Positions 18,228-28,251 of a stretch of DNA of 64,000 nucleotides are shown in pieces. The stretch is from Candidatus Bathyarchaeia archaeon. Its GTDB lineage: Archaea > Thermoproteota > Bathyarchaeia > Bathyarchaeales > Bathycorpusculaceae. Each line of letters opens with the position of its first letter. Position 1 is the first letter of the stretch. The position numbers and the translations under genes are program-made. The stretch covers positions 1 to 64,000 of the forward strand of contig JBEKBM010000009.1 of NCBI GenBank assembly GCA_050015395.1. The letters run 5' to 3'. Under the pieces are notes generated by a model. The model had not been told where the DNA came from and did not search any database. It saw only the letters and a list, made by a program, of their open reading frames with translations.

Positions 18228-19928
18228 TCAAAATGTGCCCAAGTACGTTGTTTGGGTTTGTTGAGTCTTGGGCTTGCGGCGGCGTCTGTACCATACAAGG
18301 CTCATGAGGATCAACACTATGATGATAACAGCGATCAGTATAAGCCAGTCAACTGCACTGAAAACGAATGCTGCTTTAGTTGCCGTAAGTGTTAACGCTG
18401 GAGATGCGGAAGGCGTGGACGATGCAGTTGGAGTTGGTGTAGGTGTTGGAGTTGCTGTTGGAGTTGGATTCACAGTTAGAGTTGGAGTTGGTGTAGGTGT
18501 TGAAGTAGGTGTAGGTGAAGTAGGTGTAGGTGTTGAAGTTGGATTCACAGTGGCCGAAGCCGTGACAGCCGCAGCAGTAGACTGAGCCGAAGTCACACCT
18601 GAACTGTCAGCAACCGTCACAGTAATCGAGTAAGAACCCGAGGAAGCAGGAGAATAACTAAACGTTGACGCAGTCGCACCAGACTGAGGAGACCCATCCA
18701 CATACCACTGATAACCTGTGTAAGTACCTGTACCGCCGCTAGGAGTAGCCGAAAACGTCTGAGACTGCCCAACATCCAAAGTAGCCGACGTAGGCGAAAT
18801 AGACACGGTGAGAGTTGAAGAACCACCCAATGCATAAACGTTGCCGTCCTCGGAGCCTATGTAAACTACGCCGCCGACAACAGCAGGAGACGACTCAACA
18901 TAGCTGCCGGTGGTGTATTTCCAGAGTTGGATACCGTTGGTAGCGTTCAAAGCATAAACGTTGCAGTCGAATGAGCCTATGTAAACTACGCCGCCGACAA
19001 CAGCAGGAGACGAATCCACCTCGTTACCGGTGGGGTAATTCCAGAGCGGGATGCCAGTAGCAGCGTTCAAAGCATAAACGTGGTAGTTCCACGAGCCTAT
19101 GTAAACTACGCCGCCGACAACAGCAGGAGACGAAGAGACCGGTCCACCGGTGGGGTAATTCCAGAGCGGGATGCCAGTAGCAGCGTTCAAAGCATAAACA
19201 TTGCCGTCCTCGGAGCCTATGTAAACTACGCCGCCGACAACAGCAGGAGACGAATCAACACCGCTGTCGGTGGGGTAATTCCAGAGCGGGATACCGTTGG
19301 TAGCGTTCAAAGCATAAACATTGCCGTCCTCGGATCCTATGTAAACTACGCCGCCGACAACAGCAGGAGACGAAAAAACACCGCCGCCAGTAGTGTAATT
19401 CCAGAGCGGGATGCCAGTAGCAGCGTTCAAAGCATAAACGCTATCGGTATCCTCGCATCCTATGTAGACTACGCCGCTGTCAACAGCAGGAGACGAAAAA
19501 ACCCCCTCGTCACTAGCAGTGTATTTCCAGAGTTGGTTGCCGTTAGTAGCGTTCAAAGCATAAACATTGCCGTCCTCGGATCCTATGTAAACTACGCCGC
19601 CGACAACAGCAGGAGACGAAAAAACACTGCCGCCGGTAGGGTAACTCCAGATTTGGTTGCCGTTAGTAGCGTTCAAAGCATAAACATTGCCGTCCTCGGA
19701 TCCTATGTAAACTACACCGCCGACAACAGCAGGAGACGACTCAACAGGACCGCCGGTGGGGTAACTCCAGATTAGCGTGGGATTAAGAGCGGGATTACCT
19801 GTGCCTGCGCCGCTGTGAGAAGTATCCGAGCGGAACATTATCCAGTCCGCGTTCGCAAACGGAATCAAAACTACGCTGAAAAGAAAAATTGTGCAAATCA
19901 CTGCTGCAAGCAAACGTAACCTGTTCAT
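18228..19928 (-). CDS. membrane-anchored PQQ-like (BamB-type) 8-blade beta-propeller with PKD/Ig domain and Pro/Thr stalk
   Basis: Signal peptide MNRLRLLAAV.., 8 x SSPAVVGGVVYIGS repeats, C-terminal TM then RRRRK. Start revised to ATG 19928. Confidence 0.9.
   Translation of the reverse strand: MNRLRLLAAVICTIFLFSVVLIPFANADWIMFRSDTSHSGAGTGNPALNPTLIWSYPTGGPVESSPAVVGGVVYIGSEDGNVYALNATNGNQIWSYPTGGSVFSSPAVVGGVVYIGSEDGNVYALNATNGNQLWKYTASDEGVFSSPAVDSGVVYIGCEDTDSVYALNAATGIPLWNYTTGGGVFSSPAVVGGVVYIGSEDGNVYALNATNGIPLWNYPTDSGVDSSPAVVGGVVYIGSEDGNVYALNAATGIPLWNYPTGGPVSSSPAVVGGVVYIGSWNYHVYALNAATGIPLWNYPTGNEVDSSPAVVGGVVYIGSFDCNVYALNATNGIQLWKYTTGSYVESSPAVVGGVVYIGSEDGNVYALGGSSTLTVSISPTSATLDVGQSQTFSATPSGGTGTYTGYQWYVDGSPQSGATASTFSYSPASSGSYSITVTVADSSGVTSAQSTAAAVTASATVNPTSTPTPTSPTPTSTPTPTPTLTVNPTPTATPTPTPTPTASSTPSASPALTLTATKAAFVFSAVDWLILIAVIIIVLILMSLVWYRRRRKPKTQQTQTTYLGTF
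18830..19775 (-). repeat. eight coding tandem repeats of 120-123 bp
   Basis: Block CCTATGTAAACTACGCCGCCGACAACAGCAGGAGACGA recurs at 18856, 18976, 19096, 19216, 19336 and 19582, with variants at 19459 and 19702. Confidence 0.95.
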
Positions 19929-19966
19929 GTGTATAAAGTACCATTCCGTCCTTTTTGTTTTGTTAA

Positions 19967-22900
19967 TTATTGCAAAACTACGTCGTCGAGAAAGAGTTCT
20001 TGCCCGTATTGGACAGCGCTGGATTGATAGTAGCCATTGTCTTGAATTGCTAAGCTTGTTATGCTGGCTGAAGATGATAATCCATGGGTGGTCCAGTCTT
20101 GGTATAGGTTTGTGCTGAATTGCACCCATTGACCAACCGTGAACATGCCTGGCAGAGATCCCTCGTTGATGACTGCTGTTGTTGCGCTTGATGTTGGTGG
20201 AGTAGCTGGACTGTTTCCCCACCAGTAGATTAACTGATTGCCATTGCTTGCAGTTACGATTATCTCGAATGAGTAGTAACCACTGTCACTGGTTGCTTGC
20301 GTGCTCCAGCCGTTGTTGCAGATCCATATCGACAGTGATCCAGCTTCGTTAAAAGAGGAGACTGGCACTGGGGAACTAAGCGTCTGCGTCAAAGCTGAAA
20401 AAGCTGAATGTGCGCTAGTGCTGCTACTCAGGTCGGTCGTGTCTATTTCTGCGAAGGTTGATCCAGAATGTGCCGTAATAGGGTCCCCTGACTGAATGTG
20501 ACATTCAACTCCTGAGCCTGCCGTAGAACTCGTGGTCCATCCCCCTGTAGCTGATGTGAATCCACCATTGATTAAGAGGTTTTGAGTGAACGTTGTGGTC
20601 GCTGACGTCAAGCCTGTATATGAAGCGGTGATTATCGAAGAGCCTGTTCCTGTGTTTTTATAGTAGAAGTTGGCTGAACTAGAGCCGCTTGCGATGGCTA
20701 TTGAAGTTATTGCAGTTCCTGTTCCACCTGCGTTGTTGTAGAATGAGCCTGTTGTTGTATTTGTTGCCAAATTAACAGTTATGGAACCGCCCGATGTGAC
20801 AGCATTTCTGGCTACATCTTCGCGCGTTACTGTGATGACCGATGAAACCGTATTTATACATAGGGATTGGCTGGTTCCCGCCGTGAAAACTAGTTGTGTG
20901 GCAGTTCCTGTGATGGTGAATGTTGTGGTTGCAGGAGTGTATCCCGATGAAGAGGCCGTTAGGGTCGGAGTACCCGCGGTCGAGTCCTTATAGTAGAAGG
21001 TAGCAGAATAACTACCACTCACAATAGAGACCGTGGTTATTGGAGTCGTACTAGTTGAAGTAGCGTAGAAAGCACCGCCAGTGGAAGTTGTAGCCAAGTT
21101 GACAGTAATCGTCGTCCCAACTGTGTAGTGGCCACCGGTCGAAGTTTCACTTTGAATAGTTATTTGAGAAGACATTGTCCCTACAGTCAACGCCTGTGAA
21201 GCACCACCGCTGAAAACCAACTGATAGTTATTGATGGTGAACTGCGTTGTAGCGGAAGTTAAGCCTGAAGAAGCCCCAGTCAATGTCGGGGTACCCACAA
21301 CAGTATCCTTATAGTAGAAACCAGCAGAACTGCTTGAACCAGCAGCAATCGTTATCGAAGTTATCACCGTTGTACCGCCGCTGTTAGAGTAGAATTTGCC
21401 ACCACTCGAAGTCGTAGACAAACTAACAGTAATTGCAGAAGTACCTGATGAAACAGGGTTACCATATGCATCCTGACGTTGAACAACAATCGCAGTAGGT
21501 GAAACTACACCAGCAGTCAAAGACTGACCCGCACCAGCAGTAAAGACCAGCTTAGAAGCAGTAGCAGCAGCATTAACCGTCAAAGAAGCCGTGCCAGCAA
21601 CGCCTGAAACAGAACCCGTAACCGTCCAAGACCCAGCCGTCTGCGAAGTGTAAACATTACCACTCCACGAACCACCCGCACCAGTACTTATACTCCAAGA
21701 AGCAGTCTGAACACCCAAACTGTTACCCTCAGCGTCATAGCCAGTAGCGGTGAAAGTCGCAGTTCCACCAGCAGTAACCGAAGATGGACCAGAAACACTA
21801 AGAGCAGCCAAAGCACCAGCATTCACCACTATGCCGCTTTGTGAACCAGTAATTGAACTTGTTACAGTATCAGTAGCAACAATCGATTGTGAACCAGCTG
21901 TTTCCAAAGTAACACTGAAAGAGCCAACACCATTAGTAAGGCCAGCATTCGAAGGCAAAACAGCTTTGCTATCACTTGAAGTTATCTTAACCGTGCCAGT
22001 ATAGCCAGTTGCTGTGTTTCCATTTGCATCCTTCGCCGTAACCGTAACAGAACCAGCGGTACCAGCTGTAACCGGGCTTGAGAACCCAGAAACAACAAAG
22101 CTCACAGCAGGGCCAGGCGTAGGAGTGGGTGTCGGAGTCGGCGTTGGTGTAGGTGTAGGAGTTGGAGTTGGCGTTGGAGTTGGGGTTGGCGTAGGGCCGT
22201 TAATAGTGAATGTTGTGCTTACTGGTGAGTAGCCTGTGGCTGAAGCTGTCAAAGTTGGTGTACCTGCACTTGTGTCTTTGTAATAGACATTAGCTGAGCT
22301 TGCCGGGCTGGTAATTGTGATTGAAGTAATTTTGTTTGTACCTGCCGCATCGGAGTAGAAGGTTCCGCTTGAGGTTGTAGCTAAGTTGACGGTTGCGCCG
22401 GTTGTTATTGGGGTGCCGGATGAGGTTTGGGGTTGAATTGTTATTACAGACGACATAGCATTAACAAGGATGCTTTGACTAGCGCCTGCTGTAAATACAA
22501 GCAGTGGGTTTGCTGCTTGGATGAAGTTGGCGGTTACTGTGCCTGCTCCGTTGATTTGTGCTGTCGTCAAGGCTGATGTTGGATTGTTTATTTGAATGTC
22601 ACCAGTGAACGTCCAAGAAGAAAATGCGTAACCACTATTAGCAGTGGCAGAAATTCCTATCACTGTACCAGCAGTGTAAGTTTGAGGCCCTGACGGGTTT
22701 ACTGTTCCCGTTCCTGCAGGACTTGCCGAGAAAGTTACTTGAACTTGTGTTTGAGAGCCTGAACTGCCTGAATTGCCGTTGACTTGCGTGAATGTTCCTT
22801 CAACTGTAACTATCTTGATAGTTAATTGCTCGTTAGGTGTAGGGATGAAATTAATGATAAGTTCAACGGTTTGACCAACATTTATTGGTATTAATGCTCC

Positions 22901-23209
22901 TGCAGCGACATCATTCCCGTTCACCCTGAGAATATTTTCGAGAACACCGTTAACGTATACGCTGCCATCCTGGCTAAGATGTACTAGTCCTTGGCCGGTG
23001 TTTTGCACGTAAATGACCAAGTTGCTTTGTGACGTGTAATTCACCAGTGTTATTGCGTTGCCTGTCTTCGTGGTTTTGCCACCTATGTAGCCCATGACCC
23101 AGGCGTAAGCAACTAGTGAAGCCACTACGGCTATCGCTATCATTAATAGAACGGATATTATTGGCGAAATCGCTCTAATAGAACGTTTAATTTTAGTTAT
23201 TTTTCGCAA
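19967..23209 (-). CDS. giant type IV pilin-like adhesin (1080 aa)
   Basis: Class III signal RA/ISPIISVLLMIAIAVVAS, pilin domain, InlB-B-repeat-like domain, PT linker, repeated Ig-like modules, CBM-like C-terminus (NLLINGGF). Confidence 0.85.
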   Translation of the reverse strand: MRKITKIKRSIRAISPIISVLLMIAIAVVASLVAYAWVMGYIGGKTTKTGNAITLVNYTSQSNLVIYVQNTGQGLVHLSQDGSVYVNGVLENILRVNGNDVAAGALIPINVGQTVELIINFIPTPNEQLTIKIVTVEGTFTQVNGNSGSSGSQTQVQVTFSASPAGTGTVNPSGPQTYTAGTVIGISATANSGYAFSSWTFTGDIQINNPTSALTTAQINGAGTVTANFIQAANPLLVFTAGASQSILVNAMSSVITIQPQTSSGTPITTGATVNLATTSSGTFYSDAAGTNKITSITITSPASSANVYYKDTSAGTPTLTASATGYSPVSTTFTINGPTPTPTPTPTPTPTPTPTPTPTPTPTPGPAVSFVVSGFSSPVTAGTAGSVTVTAKDANGNTATGYTGTVKITSSDSKAVLPSNAGLTNGVGSFSVTLETAGSQSIVATDTVTSSITGSQSGIVVNAGALAALSVSGPSSVTAGGTATFTATGYDAEGNSLGVQTASWSISTGAGGSWSGNVYTSQTAGSWTVTGSVSGVAGTASLTVNAAATASKLVFTAGAGQSLTAGVVSPTAIVVQRQDAYGNPVSSGTSAITVSLSTTSSGGKFYSNSGGTTVITSITIAAGSSSSAGFYYKDTVVGTPTLTGASSGLTSATTQFTINNYQLVFSGGASQALTVGTMSSQITIQSETSTGGHYTVGTTITVNLATTSTGGAFYATSTSTTPITTVSIVSGSYSATFYYKDSTAGTPTLTASSSGYTPATTTFTITGTATQLVFTAGTSQSLCINTVSSVITVTREDVARNAVTSGGSITVNLATNTTTGSFYNNAGGTGTAITSIAIASGSSSANFYYKNTGTGSSIITASYTGLTSATTTFTQNLLINGGFTSATGGWTTSSTAGSGVECHIQSGDPITAHSGSTFAEIDTTDLSSSTSAHSAFSALTQTLSSPVPVSSFNEAGSLSIWICNNGWSTQATSDSGYYSFEIIVTASNGNQLIYWWGNSPATPPTSSATTAVINEGSLPGMFTVGQWVQFSTNLYQDWTTHGLSSSASITSLAIQDNGYYQSSAVQYGQELFLDDVVLQ

Positions 23210-23500
23210 AATTCATTTCTCCACAAAAATTTTTATTTGATTTTTACGCTGAAAAGTTAGCGCTTCTCTACTTTCTTCAAGAAACCTTTGAAGTTACCGC
23301 TATTTAAATAAGTATAGAACAAAATTCCACAAAAACGCAATGTTTCATTAGAAAAACCAAGATCCAATTTAATTCTTCAAAGCGTGCCTCAGAAAGGACT
23401 AAACCTCTGAACCAAGTAAGCTACAGTTAACATCCATTATAGTTTGGAAAACATGCTCTTGCATTATCTTGATTTTTCGAGATTTGACAAAAAAAGAGGA

Positions 23501-25333
23501 TTATGGAATTGAATAGGTACAGTAGATGCTATAGTCATAATTGCCAACGATGGTGCTAGTAAATGAGGGCGAGGTTGGCCAAGTGCTTGCATATGTCTGA
23601 GTAGCGTAGTGACCTACTCCGCCGCTGGAAGCATAATAGAGGTTCGCACTACCAGTGCCAGTATTTGCCCAAACTACCAGTAGGTAATTAGTATTTGCCG
23701 TTAAAGTAGGCTGACTGCCCGCTGCGAAAGCAAAGGTTACCCAGCCATCATTTGATGTAGTAACTGATACTTCTTGAGTTCCAGCAACAAAAGTTCCTGC
23801 CGATGTGTAGATTGCAGCTTTGATTGTGTGGGTGCCTGATACCTGTATATATGCAGTTATGCTTTGGGCTGTTACACTGTATGCAGGGCTGGTGAACTGT
23901 GAGCCTACAATATAGTTTCTAAGATCACCATTAGTTGAAGATGTCCCTATCGTCTGATAGCCGAAATTTCCACTACCTGTGTTCACAGTTAAGGCATTGC
24001 TTGTTCCAGACTTTGAGGAGCCAGTTGTGCCAATTGTAATTCCTGAACCCGATGTATAGAGTGTCACTGAACCAGTCCAAACACCAGCAACAAACGCAGT
24101 AGTACTTGTCGGGCTAATAGTTCCAGAAGATACCGTCAAAGTGTTAGTGCCAACATAGCTTGTAACGGTGTTACCATTCGCATCTTTTGCCGTTATCGTT
24201 ATGCTAAAAGCCGTACCAGCAGTTTGTGTGCTGAGACTGTTAAAGACGAAGTGGTCAAGAGCACCCGCATTAACTGTGAATGTATTGCTTGTTCCTGACT
24301 TGCCGCCGCCACTGGTTGAGATTGAAATGCCAGTCCCTGCCTGAGAGAGAGTCACTGAAGCCGTCCAAACACCAGCAACAAATGCAGTAGTACTTGTTGG
24401 GCTAATCGTTCCTGAAGATGCGGTCAAAGTGTTCATTCCAGTATAGCTCGTAACTGTGTTGCCGCTTGAATCTTTAGCTGTAATGGTTATGCTGAAGGCT
24501 GTACCTGCGGTCTGTGTGCCTATGTTTCCCCCGCCCGAAGCAGTTACAATGAAGTGGTCGAGAGCGCCGACACTCACAGTCAAAGATTGTGCAGTGCTAC
24601 TAGATAACGCGTATGTTGAGTCGCCGGCAAAACTTGCCGTGACACTCCAACTGCCAACAGCATTAGGCGTGTATGAATCGGTGTAAGCGCCAGAAGAACC
24701 GGTTGTCTGCGAATCAGTCTGAACGGTTTCGCCATTTAAGGAGTATGTGATAGTCACTGTTTCTCCTGAAACACCTGTAGAACCAGCCATCAAAGAACCT
24801 GAAGCAGTAACACTTGAACCAAGCGTAATTGTACTTGAATTAAGCGTACTGGATAATGTTGTTGTAGTTAAAGTTGCGCCGCCGCCTGAACTGCCTGTGC
24901 CTGTAATCTGCATAAATGCTCCGCCAGTGGTAACTACTTTGATTGCAACTTGCGTGCCATTATACGGGTAATTAACAACAAGTGCCACAGTTTGACCTTG
25001 AGCAATAGTTATGAGCCCACTTGCTGTGTTTCCATTCCATGTGTTGATGGTTACTAAATTATTATTTACGTAGACAGCACCAGCAGGATTAAGTTGCACA
25101 GCTCCCTGACCAACGTTCTGTACATAAACAATCAAATTACCAGTAGCCTGATCTGTCGCAAAGCTCGGAATATTGATAGCCATTCCTGTTTTATTGGTGG
25201 TGCCGCCTATGTAACCCATTACCCAAGCATAGACAACCAGCGAAGCCACCACGGCAATCGCTATCATTAGCAAAACTGATATTATTGGTGATATAGCTTT
25301 AATAGAACGCCGAAGTTTAGTAATTTTTCGCAA
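23501..25333 (-). CDS. large type IV pilin-like adhesin (610 aa)
   Basis: Class III signal KA/ISPIISVLL, Ig-like domains (two GALDHF..QTAGTAFSITITAKD repeats), distinct C-terminal beta domain. Confidence 0.85.
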   Translation of the reverse strand: MRKITKLRRSIKAISPIISVLLMIAIAVVASLVVYAWVMGYIGGTTNKTGMAINIPSFATDQATGNLIVYVQNVGQGAVQLNPAGAVYVNNNLVTINTWNGNTASGLITIAQGQTVALVVNYPYNGTQVAIKVVTTGGAFMQITGTGSSGGGATLTTTTLSSTLNSSTITLGSSVTASGSLMAGSTGVSGETVTITYSLNGETVQTDSQTTGSSGAYTDSYTPNAVGSWSVTASFAGDSTYALSSSTAQSLTVSVGALDHFIVTASGGGNIGTQTAGTAFSITITAKDSSGNTVTSYTGMNTLTASSGTISPTSTTAFVAGVWTASVTLSQAGTGISISTSGGGKSGTSNTFTVNAGALDHFVFNSLSTQTAGTAFSITITAKDANGNTVTSYVGTNTLTVSSGTISPTSTTAFVAGVWTGSVTLYTSGSGITIGTTGSSKSGTSNALTVNTGSGNFGYQTIGTSSTNGDLRNYIVGSQFTSPAYSVTAQSITAYIQVSGTHTIKAAIYTSAGTFVAGTQEVSVTTSNDGWVTFAFAAGSQPTLTANTNYLLVVWANTGTGSANLYYASSGGVGHYATQTYASTWPTSPSFTSTIVGNYDYSIYCTYSIP

Positions 25334-25588
25334 AAAAATTTCTCCTTTCTGTTTTGGAGAGTAACCGCTAAAAAGCTTCTCTCCAGTTGGAGCTAGTTAA
25401 GTTCGAGCCGTATATAAGAATGAATGGAGGATTGTTCCACAACCAAACGAGCGCTAGTTCAATGCAAAAATCAACCAAGCGCATTGCCAATTACATTAAT
25501 TGCATCCGAGCGATGATTTGCCTTCCGATAAGTTAAAATTCTGGACTAAGTTAACTAGATAGTGATTAATTTTTAGGAGTTACCGCTA

Positions 25589-26761
25589 ATGGATTTAGCG
25601 GACATACGCATAAAAGAACATTTTGGATTAGTAACCAACGACACAAGCACCACTCAACTTAGTTTCTTAGTTAGCCCCCCAAAAAACCGTGAAGGCATCG
25701 AAAAACAGGACATAGTCTGCTTTAATCACCCAAAATATGGCGATGCTTGCCAAGTGCTAGCTGAAGTTAAAGAAATAACCAGTTATGAAGAGGTTGCAGG
25801 CTCAACCATCGGCGACCGCATAGGCAAAATGTTAGCCGCAGCCAAAATAATCGGTTACATCGACCTGAGAAACGAAGCGCACCCACTGCGCAAACTACTG
25901 GTACCGCCAAATCCTGGCAGCCGCATTTACATGCCCTATGCCTCATTCTTAGAAGATGCGCTCAACCGAGGAACAGATGGAAAAGCCCATGCGCAGCCAC
26001 TTTATTTGGGGAAAGGAGAAATCGCAGCCGCCTCTCATGAGGCTAATGACGAACAAATCAATTGTTACCTAGACGCCGCTGACCTAACAAGTAAGCATAC
26101 CCTTATCTGTGCCGTAGAGGGAGCAGGAAAAACTCATACAGCCACGGTTATCATTGAAGAACTTGCTAATAAAACGAGCCATCCAATAGTAGTTTTGGAC
26201 CCAAACAATGAATATTCCACAATAGGTACCGCTTCAAGCTTAGACGAAAATTATCCATTCAGCTTTCAGACTGAAATAGTCAATGCCGATACAAAGAACA
26301 GCCTAGACACAATAGCTAAGAAAGTTAAACAAGGCCAAGTCACCATAATAACTGCCGAAAACTTGACGCTCACTGAAAAAAGCGCTTATTACTCAAACGT
26401 CCTAAACGTGTTAGCTCAAAGCAGGCGAGAAAAGACTACTCAGCCATTCCTTTTAGTGGTTGAGGATGCAGAAAATCTCCCGCTTCAAGCAATCCAGGAA
26501 ATACTAAGTTCAAATAACATAGCAACCATTCTCGTTGCGTCCCACCCGACCATGCTCGGCGGGAGAATTCTATCTAAAATGGGAATACAAATTGCTGGAA
26601 GAACAATTGACTCTCAGGATTTAGCTTTTCTCAAAAATATTATTGACAGTAGTGACGAGCAACTGTCCAGCTTAGGTGTCGGCGAATGGGTAATCAACGG
26701 TTTAAACATTATGCGCGCAACAAAAATTCACGTTAGAGAACCACTCTTAAAGCCAAAATAA
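25589..26761 (+). CDS. HerA/DUF87-like P-loop protein, degenerate
   Basis: HAS-barrel-like N-terminus (AKIIGY..PPNPGS), KHTLICAVEGAGKT, VVLDPNNEY, FLLVVEDAE. Confidence 0.75.
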   Translation: MDLADIRIKEHFGLVTNDTSTTQLSFLVSPPKNREGIEKQDIVCFNHPKYGDACQVLAEVKEITSYEEVAGSTIGDRIGKMLAAAKIIGYIDLRNEAHPLRKLLVPPNPGSRIYMPYASFLEDALNRGTDGKAHAQPLYLGKGEIAAASHEANDEQINCYLDAADLTSKHTLICAVEGAGKTHTATVIIEELANKTSHPIVVLDPNNEYSTIGTASSLDENYPFSFQTEIVNADTKNSLDTIAKKVKQGQVTIITAENLTLTEKSAYYSNVLNVLAQSRREKTTQPFLLVVEDAENLPLQAIQEILSSNNIATILVASHPTMLGGRILSKMGIQIAGRTIDSQDLAFLKNIIDSSDEQLSSLGVGEWVINGLNIMRATKIHVREPLLKPK

Positions 26762-26782
26762 AGTTTTAACGAGGTGAAATTG

Positions 26783-27235
26783 ATGAGTGAAAAGAAAAAA
26801 GTATCCCGAAACACAGTAGTTGTCGCCCTTTCCGCTTTGTGCATAGTCGCATTAGTTGGCTTAAGTGCTTCATTAATCGTTTACTCGCAGCAAAACAGTA
26901 CCCTGCAAGACAAAAACACCCAGATAGCCAGCCTTCAGAGCCAATTAGGCGCGCCAAAACTCGTAAGCATCGGCTTGCAATACACAGACAACCGCTCTGA
27001 TTCAAACGCGCCTTTTCTGCAAATTACCAGCTACGTGGTTAACGTTGGAGACGCTCAAGCAAACAACTGCACAATCCACGTTACCGCTGTACAAGATGGA
27101 AACATTACTGCTTTGGACACCTCAGCAACCATCACTTCACTTGATGCCGGAGCATACGAGACTATAGACCTACAGTTCCCATATACGGGACAAGCGTTAG
27201 TAGCGTATACTAGTTACCTAGCATGGACAAACTAG
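26783..27235 (+). CDS. membrane-anchored protein with short coiled coil and CARDB-like Ig domain
   Basis: N-terminal TM, LQDKNTQIASLQSQL, VVNVGDAQANNCTI; GAGGTGA upstream. Confidence 0.7.
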   Translation: MSEKKKVSRNTVVVALSALCIVALVGLSASLIVYSQQNSTLQDKNTQIASLQSQLGAPKLVSIGLQYTDNRSDSNAPFLQITSYVVNVGDAQANNCTIHVTAVQDGNITALDTSATITSLDAGAYETIDLQFPYTGQALVAYTSYLAWTN

Positions 27236-27599
27236 GCAACCTCTCTTTTTCTATTTTTAAGCAAAACAGTTATTTTTAAAAAATAAATTCTTCATGTTTG
27301 GCGCATGGTGAGTTTTCTTGTTTTCATTATTGTCTGAGTTTTTATTTCGCCATAACCTTTTGCCCTAGACATTTGTGTGTGCACAAGCCTACCCTCCGGT
27401 CTACTAGATGATCCTAATATGCCTCAAATATGATTCAACATAGCTCAACATGGAATTAATGCCCGCACTTTGAATGTAGAATTGTTAAAATTACATGTAC
27501 TTTTTGGCACTTTTAACATGGAGTTTATTGTTAGATATTCAAATATAATCCAAATAGGCGCTTAACATCCATAGTTAAAAGAGGGCAAACACACACTTC

Positions 27600-28028
27600 T
27601 CAGATTTTCTTGTTTGGGCATTCCACAAGAGCGTAGTATTTTGTGCCTTCTAGCTTCTTTGCAAGTTTATGGTCAAGAGTTAGTAGCCGCGTGTCTAGCT
27701 TTTCCGCAAGTGACAGGAAAGCAGCATCATAGACGGCAATGTCAAGTTCCAGTGCTAGGGCGATGGCGTCAGTAATGACCTCAGAAAAGTTATGAACCGC
27801 GTAGAGATTCATCAATTCCACGGCTTGTGCGAAAGCTACTACCGCATCCTTTGCATCAAACCTATCCGACACCTTGTGTTTTATCGCGTTAGCCACTTCG
27901 TAAAAGTTCAAGTCCAGAGCATGGAAGTCATCATACTCTGATAATCTATTAGACGACCAGTCAGAGTACAACTCTGGCGTGACTAGGGCAGCAATCACAG
28001 ATGAATCAACAACAACCTCAGTGGACAT
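27600..28028 (-). CDS. vapC: PIN-domain toxin VapC
   Basis: VVVDSS, YEVANA, AVYDAAFLSLA, LLTLD. Confidence 0.9.
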   Translation of the reverse strand: MSTEVVVDSSVIAALVTPELYSDWSSNRLSEYDDFHALDLNFYEVANAIKHKVSDRFDAKDAVVAFAQAVELMNLYAVHNFSEVITDAIALALELDIAVYDAAFLSLAEKLDTRLLTLDHKLAKKLEGTKYYALVECPNKKI

Positions 28029-28251
28029 GCTCGCGGTCCTTCCTGATGACATCTGCTGACGACACGGTCACTCCAGTCTTTTTGCTGAGCTCGTTTCTAA
28101 ACTTGTCAACGTCTTTCATCGCCCGCTTCAATTTCTTCCTTTTCACCATTCTCTCAAGGCACGTCCTGACCTCTTCCGCATAATCCAAGTTCAACTCTTG
28201 AAGTTCATCTTTGAGCTTCTTTGATACTCTGACTGCAATTACATCGCTCAT
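28018..28251 (-). CDS. vapB: VapB-type antitoxin
   Basis: MSDVIAVRVSKKLKDEL...SADVIRKDRE, overlapping vapC. Confidence 0.8.
   Translation of the reverse strand: MSDVIAVRVSKKLKDELQELNLDYAEEVRTCLERMVKRKKLKRAMKDVDKFRNELSKKTGVTVSSADVIRKDREHVH

Noticed and set aside
18830-19775. CRISPR-like periodic repeats
   Set aside because: Period is 120-123 bp and in frame, intervening sequences resemble each other, and no cas genes are present; these are propeller blades
19929-20222. N-terminal extension of the 664-aa ORF
   Set aside because: Overlaps the upstream adhesin gene; the signal peptide begins at ATG 19928
22115-22195. Low-complexity GGT/GGA/GGC repeats (also 18420-18550)
   Set aside because: Encode Pro-Thr linkers with mixed codons; ordinary stalk sequence
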